32,000 bases of DNA from Paramicrosporidium saccamoebae KSL3 (taxonomy: Eukaryota; Fungi; Cryptomycota). Position numbers and translations under genes: made by a program. Below, piece after piece: positions 9,838 through 19,270 of this stretch. The notes beneath the pieces were generated by a model, which saw nothing but the letters and a program-made list of their open reading frames with translations, was not told the origin of the DNA and did no database searches. The first letter of the stretch is position 1. Every line of letters begins with the position of its first letter. The stretch lies in NCBI GenBank assembly GCA_002794465.1, contig MTSL01000114.1, forward strand, positions 6,829-38,828, given 5' to 3'.

Positions 9838-12144
9838 TTATTTGCGGACAAAGAAGACGATAGCACCACCAATAACGACGATAGCGAGGATACCAGTGAT
9901 AATCCAGCCCCATGGAAGCGAAGATTCGGTATCGACCGTAGGGAGAGGGTTAGTGGTAGAGCGCTTCACCCAAGCAGCGCGAGCATCTTGGCTAAGCTTG
10001 GCCTTGTTGTCTTCGATGACCTTGTTGACAGCAGCCAAGTCAGTGTTGTCAGCTCCAATGTTCTCAACCTGTTCGGCAGTGAGACTTCCAAAGCTGGGAA
10101 CGATGGCAGCGATTTGCTTGGCACTCAACTGGCGGAGGGCGGCAGGCTTGATAGTCTTATCCATAACGATGACAGCAATGGTTTCAACCTTGAGACTGGC
10201 CAGTTGCTTGGCGCTGAGCACTGGAATGCGCTTAATAGTGTTGATGTCGGTGGGGGCAATGTTGAAAGTGACCATTTCAGAAGGCTTCTCAACCTTACTA
10301 GAGAGGAGGGCCAACTGCTTGTCGTTGAGGTGATCCAAAGTGTAACCGAAAGTGTTCCATTGGCTAATGTCAGTATTCTCAAAGGTATTATCTGCGAAAT
10401 ATCTGACACGATCGGGGATTTCACTAGCAAAGCTCATGATCGCCAAGCAAGATCCATCGAGTTCGGAGAGGGCTTCCTTGTTAATCTTCAAGAAAACGGG
10501 CTTTGTGACAGTAGAGCAGAAGTCTCCAGTGGCAATAGCCTTCAACAACTCGGGCTTCATCTTTTCGAGCTCTTCATCGTTGAGCTCAGGCTCAATGGTC
10601 TCGAAAGGTCTTCCCTTGACGAGAGAGGGCGTGCTCTTCATGGAAGCAAGGTCAACAGGGAAAGTGAAAAATTCGGTACAGGCAGAGGAGACATACTTGA
10701 GAGACTTGATGGACTTGTACGTTTCGATATCAGTGACCAAAGAGCAAGCATGCTTACCAACCTCAATCTTGCTGGAGAGATTCTTCATGCAAGCCTCCTG
10801 GTTCGCCAAAGTCATCAAATCAAGAACAGCCAATCCCTCGTAGGAAGTGCCGCGACGTTCGACCGACAGATTCTCAAAGTTGCTAGCAGACAGACGGGAC
10901 AAGATTTCAGGGTCAAGAGGTTCCAAGGTGGTAATGACGGAGATGAGGACGTTCGGGTCTTGATTTACGGCAAGATTCTTGGGAGTCGTGGTGATAGTTA
11001 CCTTGTTCTTAATGTCACCATCTTTCGGCAAGTTGGCAGCACCAGTCTTGGTGGACATGACCTTGTTCAAGAAGGGCTTCGTAAAGCTCTCCTTATCCGC
11101 AGGCTTCAAGGCCTTGACGACCTGAGCGTACAAAAACTTGTCCTTCTCCAATTCACCAAAGATAGTGGGGGGGATTTCTCTCCAGAGCTCTCCGAGGGGT
11201 TTCGAGGTAGAGGGAAGGATGTAAGAAGCAAGGCAGGCAGCGGTGACCTTCTTGATGGCTGTCTTGGTGACCTTATTCAGGGCCAATTGGGAGCAGCGCG
11301 TAGCGGAATCAGTCTTGATTCCATAGTTCAGGAGCTGATCAGCAGAAATCTTCGCGGCATTTACACCATCGAGAGGCGCCTTGAGACGGGAAAAGATGTC
11401 GGACCTCATGTAGGGAACCTGTTCATGGATGTCGGTTGTGCCGATATTCTGGATTGCAGCAAAGCAGGCGGGGGTGAGTCCAGTTACGCTATTCTTATTC
11501 ATGTGAGTCACAAAGGTCGCATCCAAGACTCCACAGTAGGTTTCTTGATCCTTGTCGTCAATCTGCTTAAATGCCTCCCAGAATGCCTTTGGCATTTTAT
11601 GCAGAATGGCAGGGCTAATGTTGGTGGTGCGGTTCATAGCTTGGAGAACCAGGCTTCCTCCCTTCACGACGAAACTGATATCAATAGCACTGAGGTCACG
11701 GTTTGGGCGAGCCTTGTAGAATGTAACGGCTTCCTCGGCAGACGCGGGAGACTCCAGGAAGAACTTTTTGATATTAGAGTTCTTTCCAGTATGGTCCAGG
11801 TAGTAGCCAAGACCAGGTAGGAGAAACTCTTTATAGGTATCAAGGAGTTCTGGGGTCAACGAGCCCAAAAAGGTGGGCATGTCAGTCTTCGTCTTGGTCG
11901 TAAACGTAGTAGGATTCATCTTGACAAGACGGTCCATAAGCCTGACAAAGTTGCGCAGTTTTTCAGCTTTGCTGGGCGCAGGAAGAGTGACAGCACCGGT
12001 AAGGTCAGCATTAGTAGCGATAGACCTCAGGACCTGGTTGGTATTCTTCTTAAAGTAATCGAGGGTCAATGTGGTGTCAGCGTGATCAAACTGAGCGCTG
12101 ACAGCACCACAAAGGAGCAAAGTGGAGAAGACAGAAAGTTTCAT
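9838..12144 (-). CDS. Orphan type-I membrane/surface protein, 768 aa, with signal peptide, degenerate helical repeats and C-terminal TM
   Basis: MKLSVFSTLLLCGAVSA|Q signal; WIITGILAIVVIGGAIVFF-VRK anchor; recurring L[ST]xxQ/C motifs; intronless long ORF. Confidence 0.85.
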   Translation of the reverse strand: MKLSVFSTLLLCGAVSAQFDHADTTLTLDYFKKNTNQVLRSIATNADLTGAVTLPAPSKAEKLRNFVRLMDRLVKMNPTTFTTKTKTDMPTFLGSLTPELLDTYKEFLLPGLGYYLDHTGKNSNIKKFFLESPASAEEAVTFYKARPNRDLSAIDISFVVKGGSLVLQAMNRTTNISPAILHKMPKAFWEAFKQIDDKDQETYCGVLDATFVTHMNKNSVTGLTPACFAAIQNIGTTDIHEQVPYMRSDIFSRLKAPLDGVNAAKISADQLLNYGIKTDSATRCSQLALNKVTKTAIKKVTAACLASYILPSTSKPLGELWREIPPTIFGELEKDKFLYAQVVKALKPADKESFTKPFLNKVMSTKTGAANLPKDGDIKNKVTITTTPKNLAVNQDPNVLISVITTLEPLDPEILSRLSASNFENLSVERRGTSYEGLAVLDLMTLANQEACMKNLSSKIEVGKHACSLVTDIETYKSIKSLKYVSSACTEFFTFPVDLASMKSTPSLVKGRPFETIEPELNDEELEKMKPELLKAIATGDFCSTVTKPVFLKINKEALSELDGSCLAIMSFASEIPDRVRYFADNTFENTDISQWNTFGYTLDHLNDKQLALLSSKVEKPSEMVTFNIAPTDINTIKRIPVLSAKQLASLKVETIAVIVMDKTIKPAALRQLSAKQIAAIVPSFGSLTAEQVENIGADNTDLAAVNKVIEDNKAKLSQDARAAWVKRSTTNPLPTVDTESSLPWGWIITGILAIVVIGGAIVFFVRK

Positions 12145-12209
12145 GGACGGACAGTGCCCCCCGGGGGAAGCCTCTTTTTATTTCGCCACTGGGGCCCTGA
12201 CCCATGCTG

Positions 12210-12352
12210 TGACCAATAGAAATTTAGTTACGTTTTTGTGGGATTACTATTGGTCAAGAGGAAGATTTCCCGATTCAGGGATTTTGATTGGTAGATGGTG
12301 GCCAATCAAAAGCAGTAGTCATCGGGACGCCGAGACTGGCAACGTCCATTGG
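12210..12352. promoter_or_regulatory. Cluster of five CCAAT/ATTGG boxes upstream of the 768-aa surface protein gene
   Basis: CCAAT at 12213 and 12302; ATTGG at 12249, 12287 and 12348. TGACCAATAG/CTATTGGTCA is a perfect inverted pair (12210-12219, 12247-12256). Confidence 0.55.
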
Positions 12353-12701
12353 TCAGTTCCTTGGACTTTGTGACATGGGAACAACCTGTGTACAGGAACT
12401 ATTAACTGTTATCGCACACACCAAATGACGGCTGGTTTTGCGGGGTAGAATACATTTATTATAGGAAGGATTCTTTAATCTGACCATGCTCTAAATAGAT
12501 AGAGGTTACTATCCCTTAACCGCGATTTGGTTCACCACGGGACAAAGCTACAACCCCCCGTGGTCTCTGTTTTGAGGACTCAAGATAGGGTCACAAGTGA
12601 AGCTTATAGTAAAGACTCAGTTTGGAGCGTTAATCCGTTATGTAATTTCTCACAGTCGACCCTTTGTTGGGGGTTATTGATCCTTTATATATTCTTTCAC
12701 A

Positions 12702-13154
12702 CTAATCAATAATAAGCTCATCCAAGGCCCAATCTTCAAATGACCCGTCTGGGAGAAACCGTCTAATAATTAGCGGTATCTTTCTCTCCCTCAGCTCTTT
12801 GGCTGCAATTTGCAAAGGGTCTGTCTCTCCCTCCAGTTCCACCATGGGTGGGGCGTTCAGGCTTAGCTGTAGCGCCCGGGTTCCCAAGACACGGGCTCTC
12901 TCATACTTGGTTAGGTAGCGAGTTGTCATGCGCTGGGTGCGGTCTATGGAGGCACCAGTCGCGAGGATGGAAAAATCTTCTGTGGGTTCATCGCCGTGCA
13001 GTAAAACGTCACGGTCGACGGTGGGCTCGAGGTCGCGCTCGGCTGGCTCCCCTTCGGCGTCCTCGAGGACCTCCTCCTCCTCAGGCATCATGTATTCTTC
13101 CTCATTATAATCGTCCCCAACATTGTCATATCCTCCATCTTCGGCGTCAGACAT
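12702..13154 (-). CDS. RPB6: RNA polymerase I/II/III shared subunit RPB6 (RPABC2)
   Basis: Acidic N-terminus, then [28 protein letters not shown]...[12 protein letters not shown]...[18 protein letters not shown]. Confidence 0.97.
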   Translation of the reverse strand: MSDAEDGGYDNVGDDYNEEEYMMPEEEEVLEDAEGEPAERDLEPTVDRDVLLHGDEPTEDFSILATGASIDRTQRMTTRYLTKYERARVLGTRALQLSLNAPPMVELEGETDPLQIAAKELRERKIPLIIRRFLPDGSFEDWALDELIID

Positions 13155-13552
13155 TCTCCAAGTACACTGCCAATACCAGGGCCAGTCATGAGGTTGTGAG
13201 ATGTGTGGGGCGGGTGAGATGTATCGGGTGTGGAAATTGTATGGGGTACGTGAGATTCTTGTGAGATATGTAAAGTGTGTGTGGGGGGGGGAGGATTGAA
13301 ATTAGTCTGAGATATGTGAGCTGTTTGAGGTTCCTGTGAGGTCTTTATGTAAGAACAACCGAGGGACCCCTATCCATGCTGTCGCAGCAAGTATCAAAAA
13401 ATTTCAAACTGTATATATGTAAGACTTGCGATAGTACAGATTCTGTTGAATATTCTTAATCTGCAGATATATTCACTCTACGAGTACTTATACTCACACA
13501 ACACACAATAATAGACCCTTTGGCCCTTGCCCCGGCCGCCTCCCCACCCTCA

Positions 13553-13906
13553 ATGACAAATCCAATTTTCGAACGATACTTTCAACGAGCTGCTATGTTG
13601 ACCAGTAAGACATTTGATGCACCACGCTCTTGCATCTTTCGCAAGCACCATGCCATGTGGTCCGCCCTCGGAGATGCCAAGCCCAGCAGCGTTCCCACTG
13701 CCGAGTTGGTGGAACGAGTCGGGGATCGGGCCTGTCACCATGTCCTCTGGTTAAAGGACGATGGCGTGGCCCTCAGAGACTCTACGTCATACCGGGACGG
13801 CAAACGTGGTGGACTATATACAAGGAGGAATGAGCTTGCCGTTAAAGACTACATGAATCGGGTGCACAAGGTAATGTCCCGATTACACGCGGCAGCTGCA
13901 GAATAA
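13553..13906 (+). CDS. Hypothetical protein (117 aa)
   Basis: ATG-initiated ORF filling the space between RPB6 and NUP82; stop embedded in AATAAA; no motif recognised. Confidence 0.55.
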   Translation: MTNPIFERYFQRAAMLTSKTFDAPRSCIFRKHHAMWSALGDAKPSSVPTAELVERVGDRACHHVLWLKDDGVALRDSTSYRDGKRGGLYTRRNELAVKDYMNRVHKVMSRLHAAAAE

Positions 13907-13915
13907 ATACCACAT

Positions 13916-15577
13916 TTATTGTTTTTCGAACGACAGTGCCTTAATTTGGTCCTGAATGTGCTCGAGGAGTGAGGTTTGTGACAGCAAACTATCCAACACT
14001 GGGGGTGATGTTGTTGACAATTTAGTCTGTAGAGTCTCCAGGCGGGACAGTATAGAAGCGAGCTCTGTTCCACCTTGGCTGGGTTGCAGGTTTTCTCCAA
14101 CTCGAGGGAGTCCTTTATCCAGTCGTGCAATCTTGTCCGCAGCACTGGCAGTGTGTTGAATTGCAGCTTTGGCCCGATTAACGACCAGATTTGCCCATTC
14201 CTTCTGTCTCATCCCCAACTCGTTCAATATTAGCATTCTCCGCTTCAGTTCTTCCGCTAGTTTTGCACACTTGATAAGCGTCTGCATTCTCCAGGATTGA
14301 ATGATTTTCAGAGTCTCCTCCAAGGAATTTTCATCCAAGTCGCGCGGGAATTTAATAGTTTTGAGATTTGCAGGGACACATAATTTGGGAAGGCATATGC
14401 TTGGCAACGGTGCCGCATCCAGTTTGGGCGCGACGGTGGGAACAAAATGTTCGGCAATTGATTTTAATAACGGCTCTGCGCTCCTTGGTATGTGGGCAGA
14501 ATCCACATTCATGGCCTCGTCAAGATACATTACAGAGCGTCCAAATAGCATTGCGTCCACAATGGATAGATTTGATTTAATAGTGGAAACTTGAGATTTT
14601 GAAATCTGCTTAATGTCCCCATCCACAGCCATTTCTGTCAGCCAATTCATCTGTATGGACATTATTCGGTCCTGGAGGACTAACAAAAGCTCATAGGGCT
14701 CCGCATAGTCAAGTGATAACACTGTCGATGGAGGGAGTCGGATGCTCTCCACCAGAGTCAAAATCTGGTCATCAAGAGACTTTTCCCAGCAAGGACGGAT
14801 TGCATGTTCTAGCATAAATATGTTTAATCTTCCAGACAAGCTGGCGACGGCGAGAAATTCCATCCCGTCGTGTCTAAAAGCCTTTAACGCCACTGCAGAG
14901 GAATCATCCAGAGGCTCTGGCTGGAGTAAGAAGGGTCCCTGAACCTTTGGCTCGTTTTCACCAGCCATTGGCTTTAACGGTCGGTTCAGTTGGTGCTTCC
15001 GACTTTCAAATTTGCAGTAGAATTTTGCCCATTCTTCGTTGTTCACCAGTTCTTCTTCATCTGGACAGGCGGAAAGTTCATCGGCAAGACAAGGGGACGG
15101 CAATATCGGCGACATTGCTAGCAGGTCGCCATTCTCCATGGCCACCCATAGAACCTCTCCCAGAGTTGTCGCATTGACACATCGCAGAGTGTAATCTTCG
15201 GGGGAACGGACCTTTGTCCGCATTTCTATCCTACCACTGGTAGCATTCGCAATTATAAAAGAGCCTGCCGCAGTAAGGACACTGACATGATTTCCAGTGG
15301 CACTGGCCTCATGCCATGCACACCACACGATCCGGTCCCGTAAGAACTGCTCTTGCGGAACTAGCAGCGTTGTCTCTCCTTTCCTAGTATCCACTGAAAC
15401 GACCGGACCGGCAGGGCCATAAATGGCAACGAGCTTGTCGTTAACCCTATTGCGCACAATCTGTGCGTCTGTAATTTTCCTGTTCAGTTGCGTTATGGAG
15501 CATTCCTGTCCATGATAGAGACCCAATGTTTCTTCAGATTCAAGACAGGCATAGCAGTCGACTCCCAAGAGAGCCAT
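13916..15577 (-). CDS. NUP82: Nucleoporin Nup82/Nup88
   Basis: Beta-propeller motifs (AWHEASATGNHVSVLT, LWVAMENGDLLAMSPILP, QGPFLLQPEP) plus a C-terminal coiled coil. Confidence 0.8.
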   Translation of the reverse strand: MALLGVDCYACLESEETLGLYHGQECSITQLNRKITDAQIVRNRVNDKLVAIYGPAGPVVSVDTRKGETTLLVPQEQFLRDRIVWCAWHEASATGNHVSVLTAAGSFIIANATSGRIEMRTKVRSPEDYTLRCVNATTLGEVLWVAMENGDLLAMSPILPSPCLADELSACPDEEELVNNEEWAKFYCKFESRKHQLNRPLKPMAGENEPKVQGPFLLQPEPLDDSSAVALKAFRHDGMEFLAVASLSGRLNIFMLEHAIRPCWEKSLDDQILTLVESIRLPPSTVLSLDYAEPYELLLVLQDRIMSIQMNWLTEMAVDGDIKQISKSQVSTIKSNLSIVDAMLFGRSVMYLDEAMNVDSAHIPRSAEPLLKSIAEHFVPTVAPKLDAAPLPSICLPKLCVPANLKTIKFPRDLDENSLEETLKIIQSWRMQTLIKCAKLAEELKRRMLILNELGMRQKEWANLVVNRAKAAIQHTASAADKIARLDKGLPRVGENLQPSQGGTELASILSRLETLQTKLSTTSPPVLDSLLSQTSLLEHIQDQIKALSFEKQ

Positions 15578-15952
15578 GGTTGAATTTATTTTTGTGGTAT
15601 TTTAAATCCTATCGTGAGATAGTGTAACTACAGACCAGGGATTTCAATAAAGGGACTTGTTACGCATCTCACACTTATAAATCCAGTGAGTCCCCATCCA
15701 CTTGGGATCCAAATAGGCTCTATTTAAAGCACTACTAGGCTGGCGGCCGATCATTAGGCTCTGTTAAACTGTCGCGTAGAGGGGGCGTGCCACGGAATTT
15801 GATGAACTAGCTCCCTCATCAAGCCTTTTACAGTCCCATCACTCTACAGATGGACGCAGACTCTATTAACTTACAGATACCCGGCCATTGACTACGTCTC
15901 AGCAATTAGATTTATCGATATATCCTTTCACAGTCCAGTCCCTGGCTCGCAG

Positions 15953-16076
15953 AGATGTTATGCTGCATGGTGAGTGTATGTATGGTCACGGTGTTAACAT
16001 GAATGGGCGACGGGACTATTCAGTACCAGTCGGTATGGACTCGCCGGCATGGTATCCAAATATTGGAGAATCGCCA
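15953..16076 (+). repeat. Dispersed ~120-bp intergenic element, copy 3
   Basis: CACGGTGTTAAC (15987) and core GACTCGCCGGCATGGTATCCAAATATTGGAG (16038-16068). Confidence 0.8.
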
Positions 16077-16148
16077 TCTTCATATTTAAACAAAATCCAG
16101 CCCTCAGCTAAACGTCCCACTACTTTACAGATATACTATTACAATAGT

Positions 16149-17351
16149 TTATTGAGTGTCTTGAATTCTGTCTAATCCATTCGCTGCCATCCACTGCATG
16201 CATGCCCCCAACAGGGCATCAAAGGTCTCAAAGTCGCCGTTACGAACTTTTCTGATGAACTCATTATGTCTAGCCGCCGCTGGGTTTACTCTCTTGAGCT
16301 GACGTCTGAACGATCTGGCGAATAAATTATTGACAGACCCTTTCTCCCCCAAGGCACCATATACGAGGGACCATAGTAGATGGCTCTGACTCATAACGGC
16401 ATTATCGCCAGATGTCTCGATCCATTTTGTAAGCGTTTTTGAAATACCCAGCTTGGTGAGTTCAGACAAAAGAGCGCGGATTATGGGAACCATTACGGGG
16501 CCGACAGTCTTGGATAGTCCTTCGACATTGTCTGATAAAGCGCTGTAGATTAAGCTGGTCCTTTCCCAGGGAGTTAGGGTTGCAAGCTTTTCTACCGTCA
16601 TATCACCATCTGGTCCATAAAAGTAGGGATCATTCATCAGAATCATGTAGTAATCACGGTTGACCCCGCTGAAACGATCAATGACCTCTTGAGGCTCCAA
16701 CTTTTTCAAAGGGCATGCATGAGCGTCACGAAACATTTGTGGAAGAGCCTCTATAACGTTTTTCGAAAGAGTGAGTTGCTCAGCAGTTGGCTCTGTGGCC
16801 TCTTCCGGGACACTAGGAGACTCGGAATCTGCGTCGCTAGATTCGGCGCTGTTCACAGGAAGTACCGATGATTTAGCCTTGCCGAGCTCGACACGGCGCT
16901 TCTGGCTAGGCTCACGAGACTTTTCTCTCACACTAAAACGACGGAGCTTGGAAAGACGGAGACTGGGACGACGGGAATCGGGGCGACGGGGATCGGAACG
17001 ACGGAGGCTGGAGCGATTGAGATGGGAAAGCACTCTGCGACTATGAACCTTGCGAGTACCAAGTCTCCGACTCAATTGCTTTGTCGGGGGCATTTTTGAT
17101 GCAGTCGATCTTCTTGGTAGCCTTGTGGCAACACGGGGGGCCTTGTCTGCATCCTCTTGAAGAGCCTGCAGGTACAAGGTTGTTAGCGAGGACAAGTCAT
17201 TCCACTTAGGACGGCTCTCCATAGTAGGACTCTCTTCGGGACTGGAATGGTTTTCGGATAATTCATGTCCGGCATCTATTCCCCAAAATGACTCGCGATA
17301 TGATGCATTGGTCAGGACGAACAGACTTGTAATCAAAGCGACAGACTTCAT
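16149..17351 (-). CDS. Orphan secreted protein (~400 aa) with an Arg/Ser-rich basic tract
   Basis: The second Met gives signal peptide MKSVALITSLFVLTNA|S, followed by SRRVLSHLNRSSLRRSDPRRPDSRRPSLRLSKLRRFSVREKSREPSQKRR and a helical C-terminal domain. Confidence 0.8.
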   Translation of the reverse strand: MKSVALITSLFVLTNASYRESFWGIDAGHELSENHSSPEESPTMESRPKWNDLSSLTTLYLQALQEDADKAPRVATRLPRRSTASKMPPTKQLSRRLGTRKVHSRRVLSHLNRSSLRRSDPRRPDSRRPSLRLSKLRRFSVREKSREPSQKRRVELGKAKSSVLPVNSAESSDADSESPSVPEEATEPTAEQLTLSKNVIEALPQMFRDAHACPLKKLEPQEVIDRFSGVNRDYYMILMNDPYFYGPDGDMTVEKLATLTPWERTSLIYSALSDNVEGLSKTVGPVMVPIIRALLSELTKLGISKTLTKWIETSGDNAVMSQSHLLWSLVYGALGEKGSVNNLFARSFRRQLKRVNPAAARHNEFIRKVRNGDFETFDALLGACMQWMAANGLDRIQDTQ

Positions 17352-17860
17352 TCGCAAAAAAATCGACAGAGAAAACAAATTATCCAATCAGGGGTTATCC
17401 TGCCCATTTTGGGGTTTGGAAGCCTGGCCGGACGCTTCTGGATTAGAGGCCACCAATCATGGGCGGAGTCTATCTAACAGGGGCCTTTCAAACTAAATAA
17501 TTAAAATACTGCTGTGAAGGAGTACATCATGTTAGACAACATCCGCTTACCATTGGTGAATCCGACTCAAATAGCGGTTCCACGGCCCGGTTTGGTTATA
17601 TTAAGGGTGGCAAACCATAAAGGTGCCATATACTTTAACAAACGATAGCTCACCCATCAACCGAAGCTGTATACTTTAATAAATGGAGTTTGCTCATCAA
17701 CACACTACATGTACGAGCCAGAGGTAAACAGTGTCCGCTCATGATTGGGGTAGTCTATGTGCCATATGATTTACTAAAGATAATCAAGATATACCCCCGC
17801 TATTCAACAGCCTTTACATAGGCCTCACAATTAAAACTCAAAGCCAGTCTTCAGACACAC

Positions 17861-17888
17861 CGCCTCTGCTATATGCATAACAGAGGCG
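17861..17888. repeat. 28-bp hairpin, copy 2
   Basis: CGCCTCTG-ctatatgcataa-CAGAGGCG. Confidence 0.75.
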
Positions 17889-17935
17889 TACCCGTAACAT
17901 TCAGCATGCATTAAAAAGCTTTATAAAGGCGTGTC

Positions 17936-19270
17936 TTAATTCTTGTTGGGAGGAGTGGGGGCAGTGTAGGGGATGAATTCAACGCCGCCCATGTATGGAC
18001 GTAAAACTGTGGGAACAGTAAAGCCTTCGGGGGTCTGGTAATTCTCCAAGATGCAACAGAGTGTGCGCTCTGTGGCAGTCAGAGTGCTGTTCAGACAGTG
18101 CACATAGCGCTTCTCGCGATCTCCCATCTTACGAAGGCCACAGCGGATCTCAAGTCGGCGCGACTGATAATCTGTGCAATTAGAACAGCTGACAAGCTCC
18201 TTGTATTCGCCGTAGACGGGGAACCATGCCTCCAAATCGTACTTTTTAGCAGCTGCGTTGTTCAGTGCACCGGAAACAATGCCGACAATGCGATACTGCA
18301 GACCCAGGGACTGATAGAATTCTTCCGAGTAGCCGATCATCTGGTCAAACATTTCCCAAGACTTTTCCGGCTCACAGATGGCAAATTGTTCCACCTTTTC
18401 AAACTGATGGATACGATAGATGCCCCAAGTGTCCTTTCCATGAGAGCCAGCCTCCTTACGGAAGCACGTGCTATAGCCAGCGTACAAGATTGGCAGCTGT
18501 TTTTCGGGCTGCTCAAACCATTCTTCAGCGTGCATAGAGGCAATGGGCTGTTCAGAGGTGGCAATCAGGTATCGGTCCTCCTCCCCAGGAACTTTGTAGA
18601 GCTGCTCGTCAAAGTCTTCCAATTGAGCACATCGTCCCATCATCTCCTTGAGCATCATGAAGGGCGTCTGCAGGAGAGTATAGCTGCGCTTTGCCAAGAA
18701 ATCCATCCCGTAATTGATGAGTGCCTGATTGAGACGCACACCGACATTTTTCAAAAAATAGCCACGATGTCCCACCACCTTGGAGCCTCGTTCCGGGTCG
18801 TAGCCCTCAAGACGAGCAAGCACTTGGTGGTGGAAAAGACCTCCCTCCAGTTTCTTTGGCTCCTGGCCGTCCTTCCAGTGATACCGAACCAGGTCGTTGT
18901 CCTTTTCGTCACGGCTGTCAACGACGCTACCATGGACGATATTGCCAACAGTAGTCAACTTGACGTTTCTCAATTTTTCCTTCTCAGCCATGGCAGTGGT
19001 GGCATCCTCCTTTTGTTTGACTACGGCGCTTCTTTTTTCAATCAGCTCGGATGCATCTTCTTTGCTCTTCATCTTTTCGGCAATGAGGGTTTGGAACTGA
19101 CGGGCCTCCTTGTTGAGCTCGTCGACGACGAAACGCAGCTTTACCCATTCCTTGTCGAGTTCAATAATTTCGTCAACGAGTTCGACAGAGGCGCCGCGCT
19201 TGCGCTGCGAATCCTTGATCAGCTCAGGCTTTCCGCCCTTATCCACTCGGAACAGATTAATGTCCAACAT
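17936..19270 (-). CDS. SES1: Cytosolic seryl-tRNA synthetase
   Basis: MLDINLFR N-terminal coiled-coil arm, YLIATSEQPI, FRKEAGSHGKD..GIYRIHQFEKVEQF, ELVSCSNCTDYQSRRL, HCLNSTLTATERTLCCILEN. Confidence 0.97.
   Translation of the reverse strand: MLDINLFRVDKGGKPELIKDSQRKRGASVELVDEIIELDKEWVKLRFVVDELNKEARQFQTLIAEKMKSKEDASELIEKRSAVVKQKEDATTAMAEKEKLRNVKLTTVGNIVHGSVVDSRDEKDNDLVRYHWKDGQEPKKLEGGLFHHQVLARLEGYDPERGSKVVGHRGYFLKNVGVRLNQALINYGMDFLAKRSYTLLQTPFMMLKEMMGRCAQLEDFDEQLYKVPGEEDRYLIATSEQPIASMHAEEWFEQPEKQLPILYAGYSTCFRKEAGSHGKDTWGIYRIHQFEKVEQFAICEPEKSWEMFDQMIGYSEEFYQSLGLQYRIVGIVSGALNNAAAKKYDLEAWFPVYGEYKELVSCSNCTDYQSRRLEIRCGLRKMGDREKRYVHCLNSTLTATERTLCCILENYQTPEGFTVPTVLRPYMGGVEFIPYTAPTPPNKN

Noticed and set aside
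9988-11820. 610-aa plus-strand ORF
   Set aside because: Codon-aligned antisense shadow of the 768-aa gene; GTG/TTG-type start and no motif.
15888-16175. 95-aa ORF spanning repeat copy 3 as a real gene
   Set aside because: TTG start, overlaps the neighbouring gene end, and the other copies are frameshifted or lack a start.
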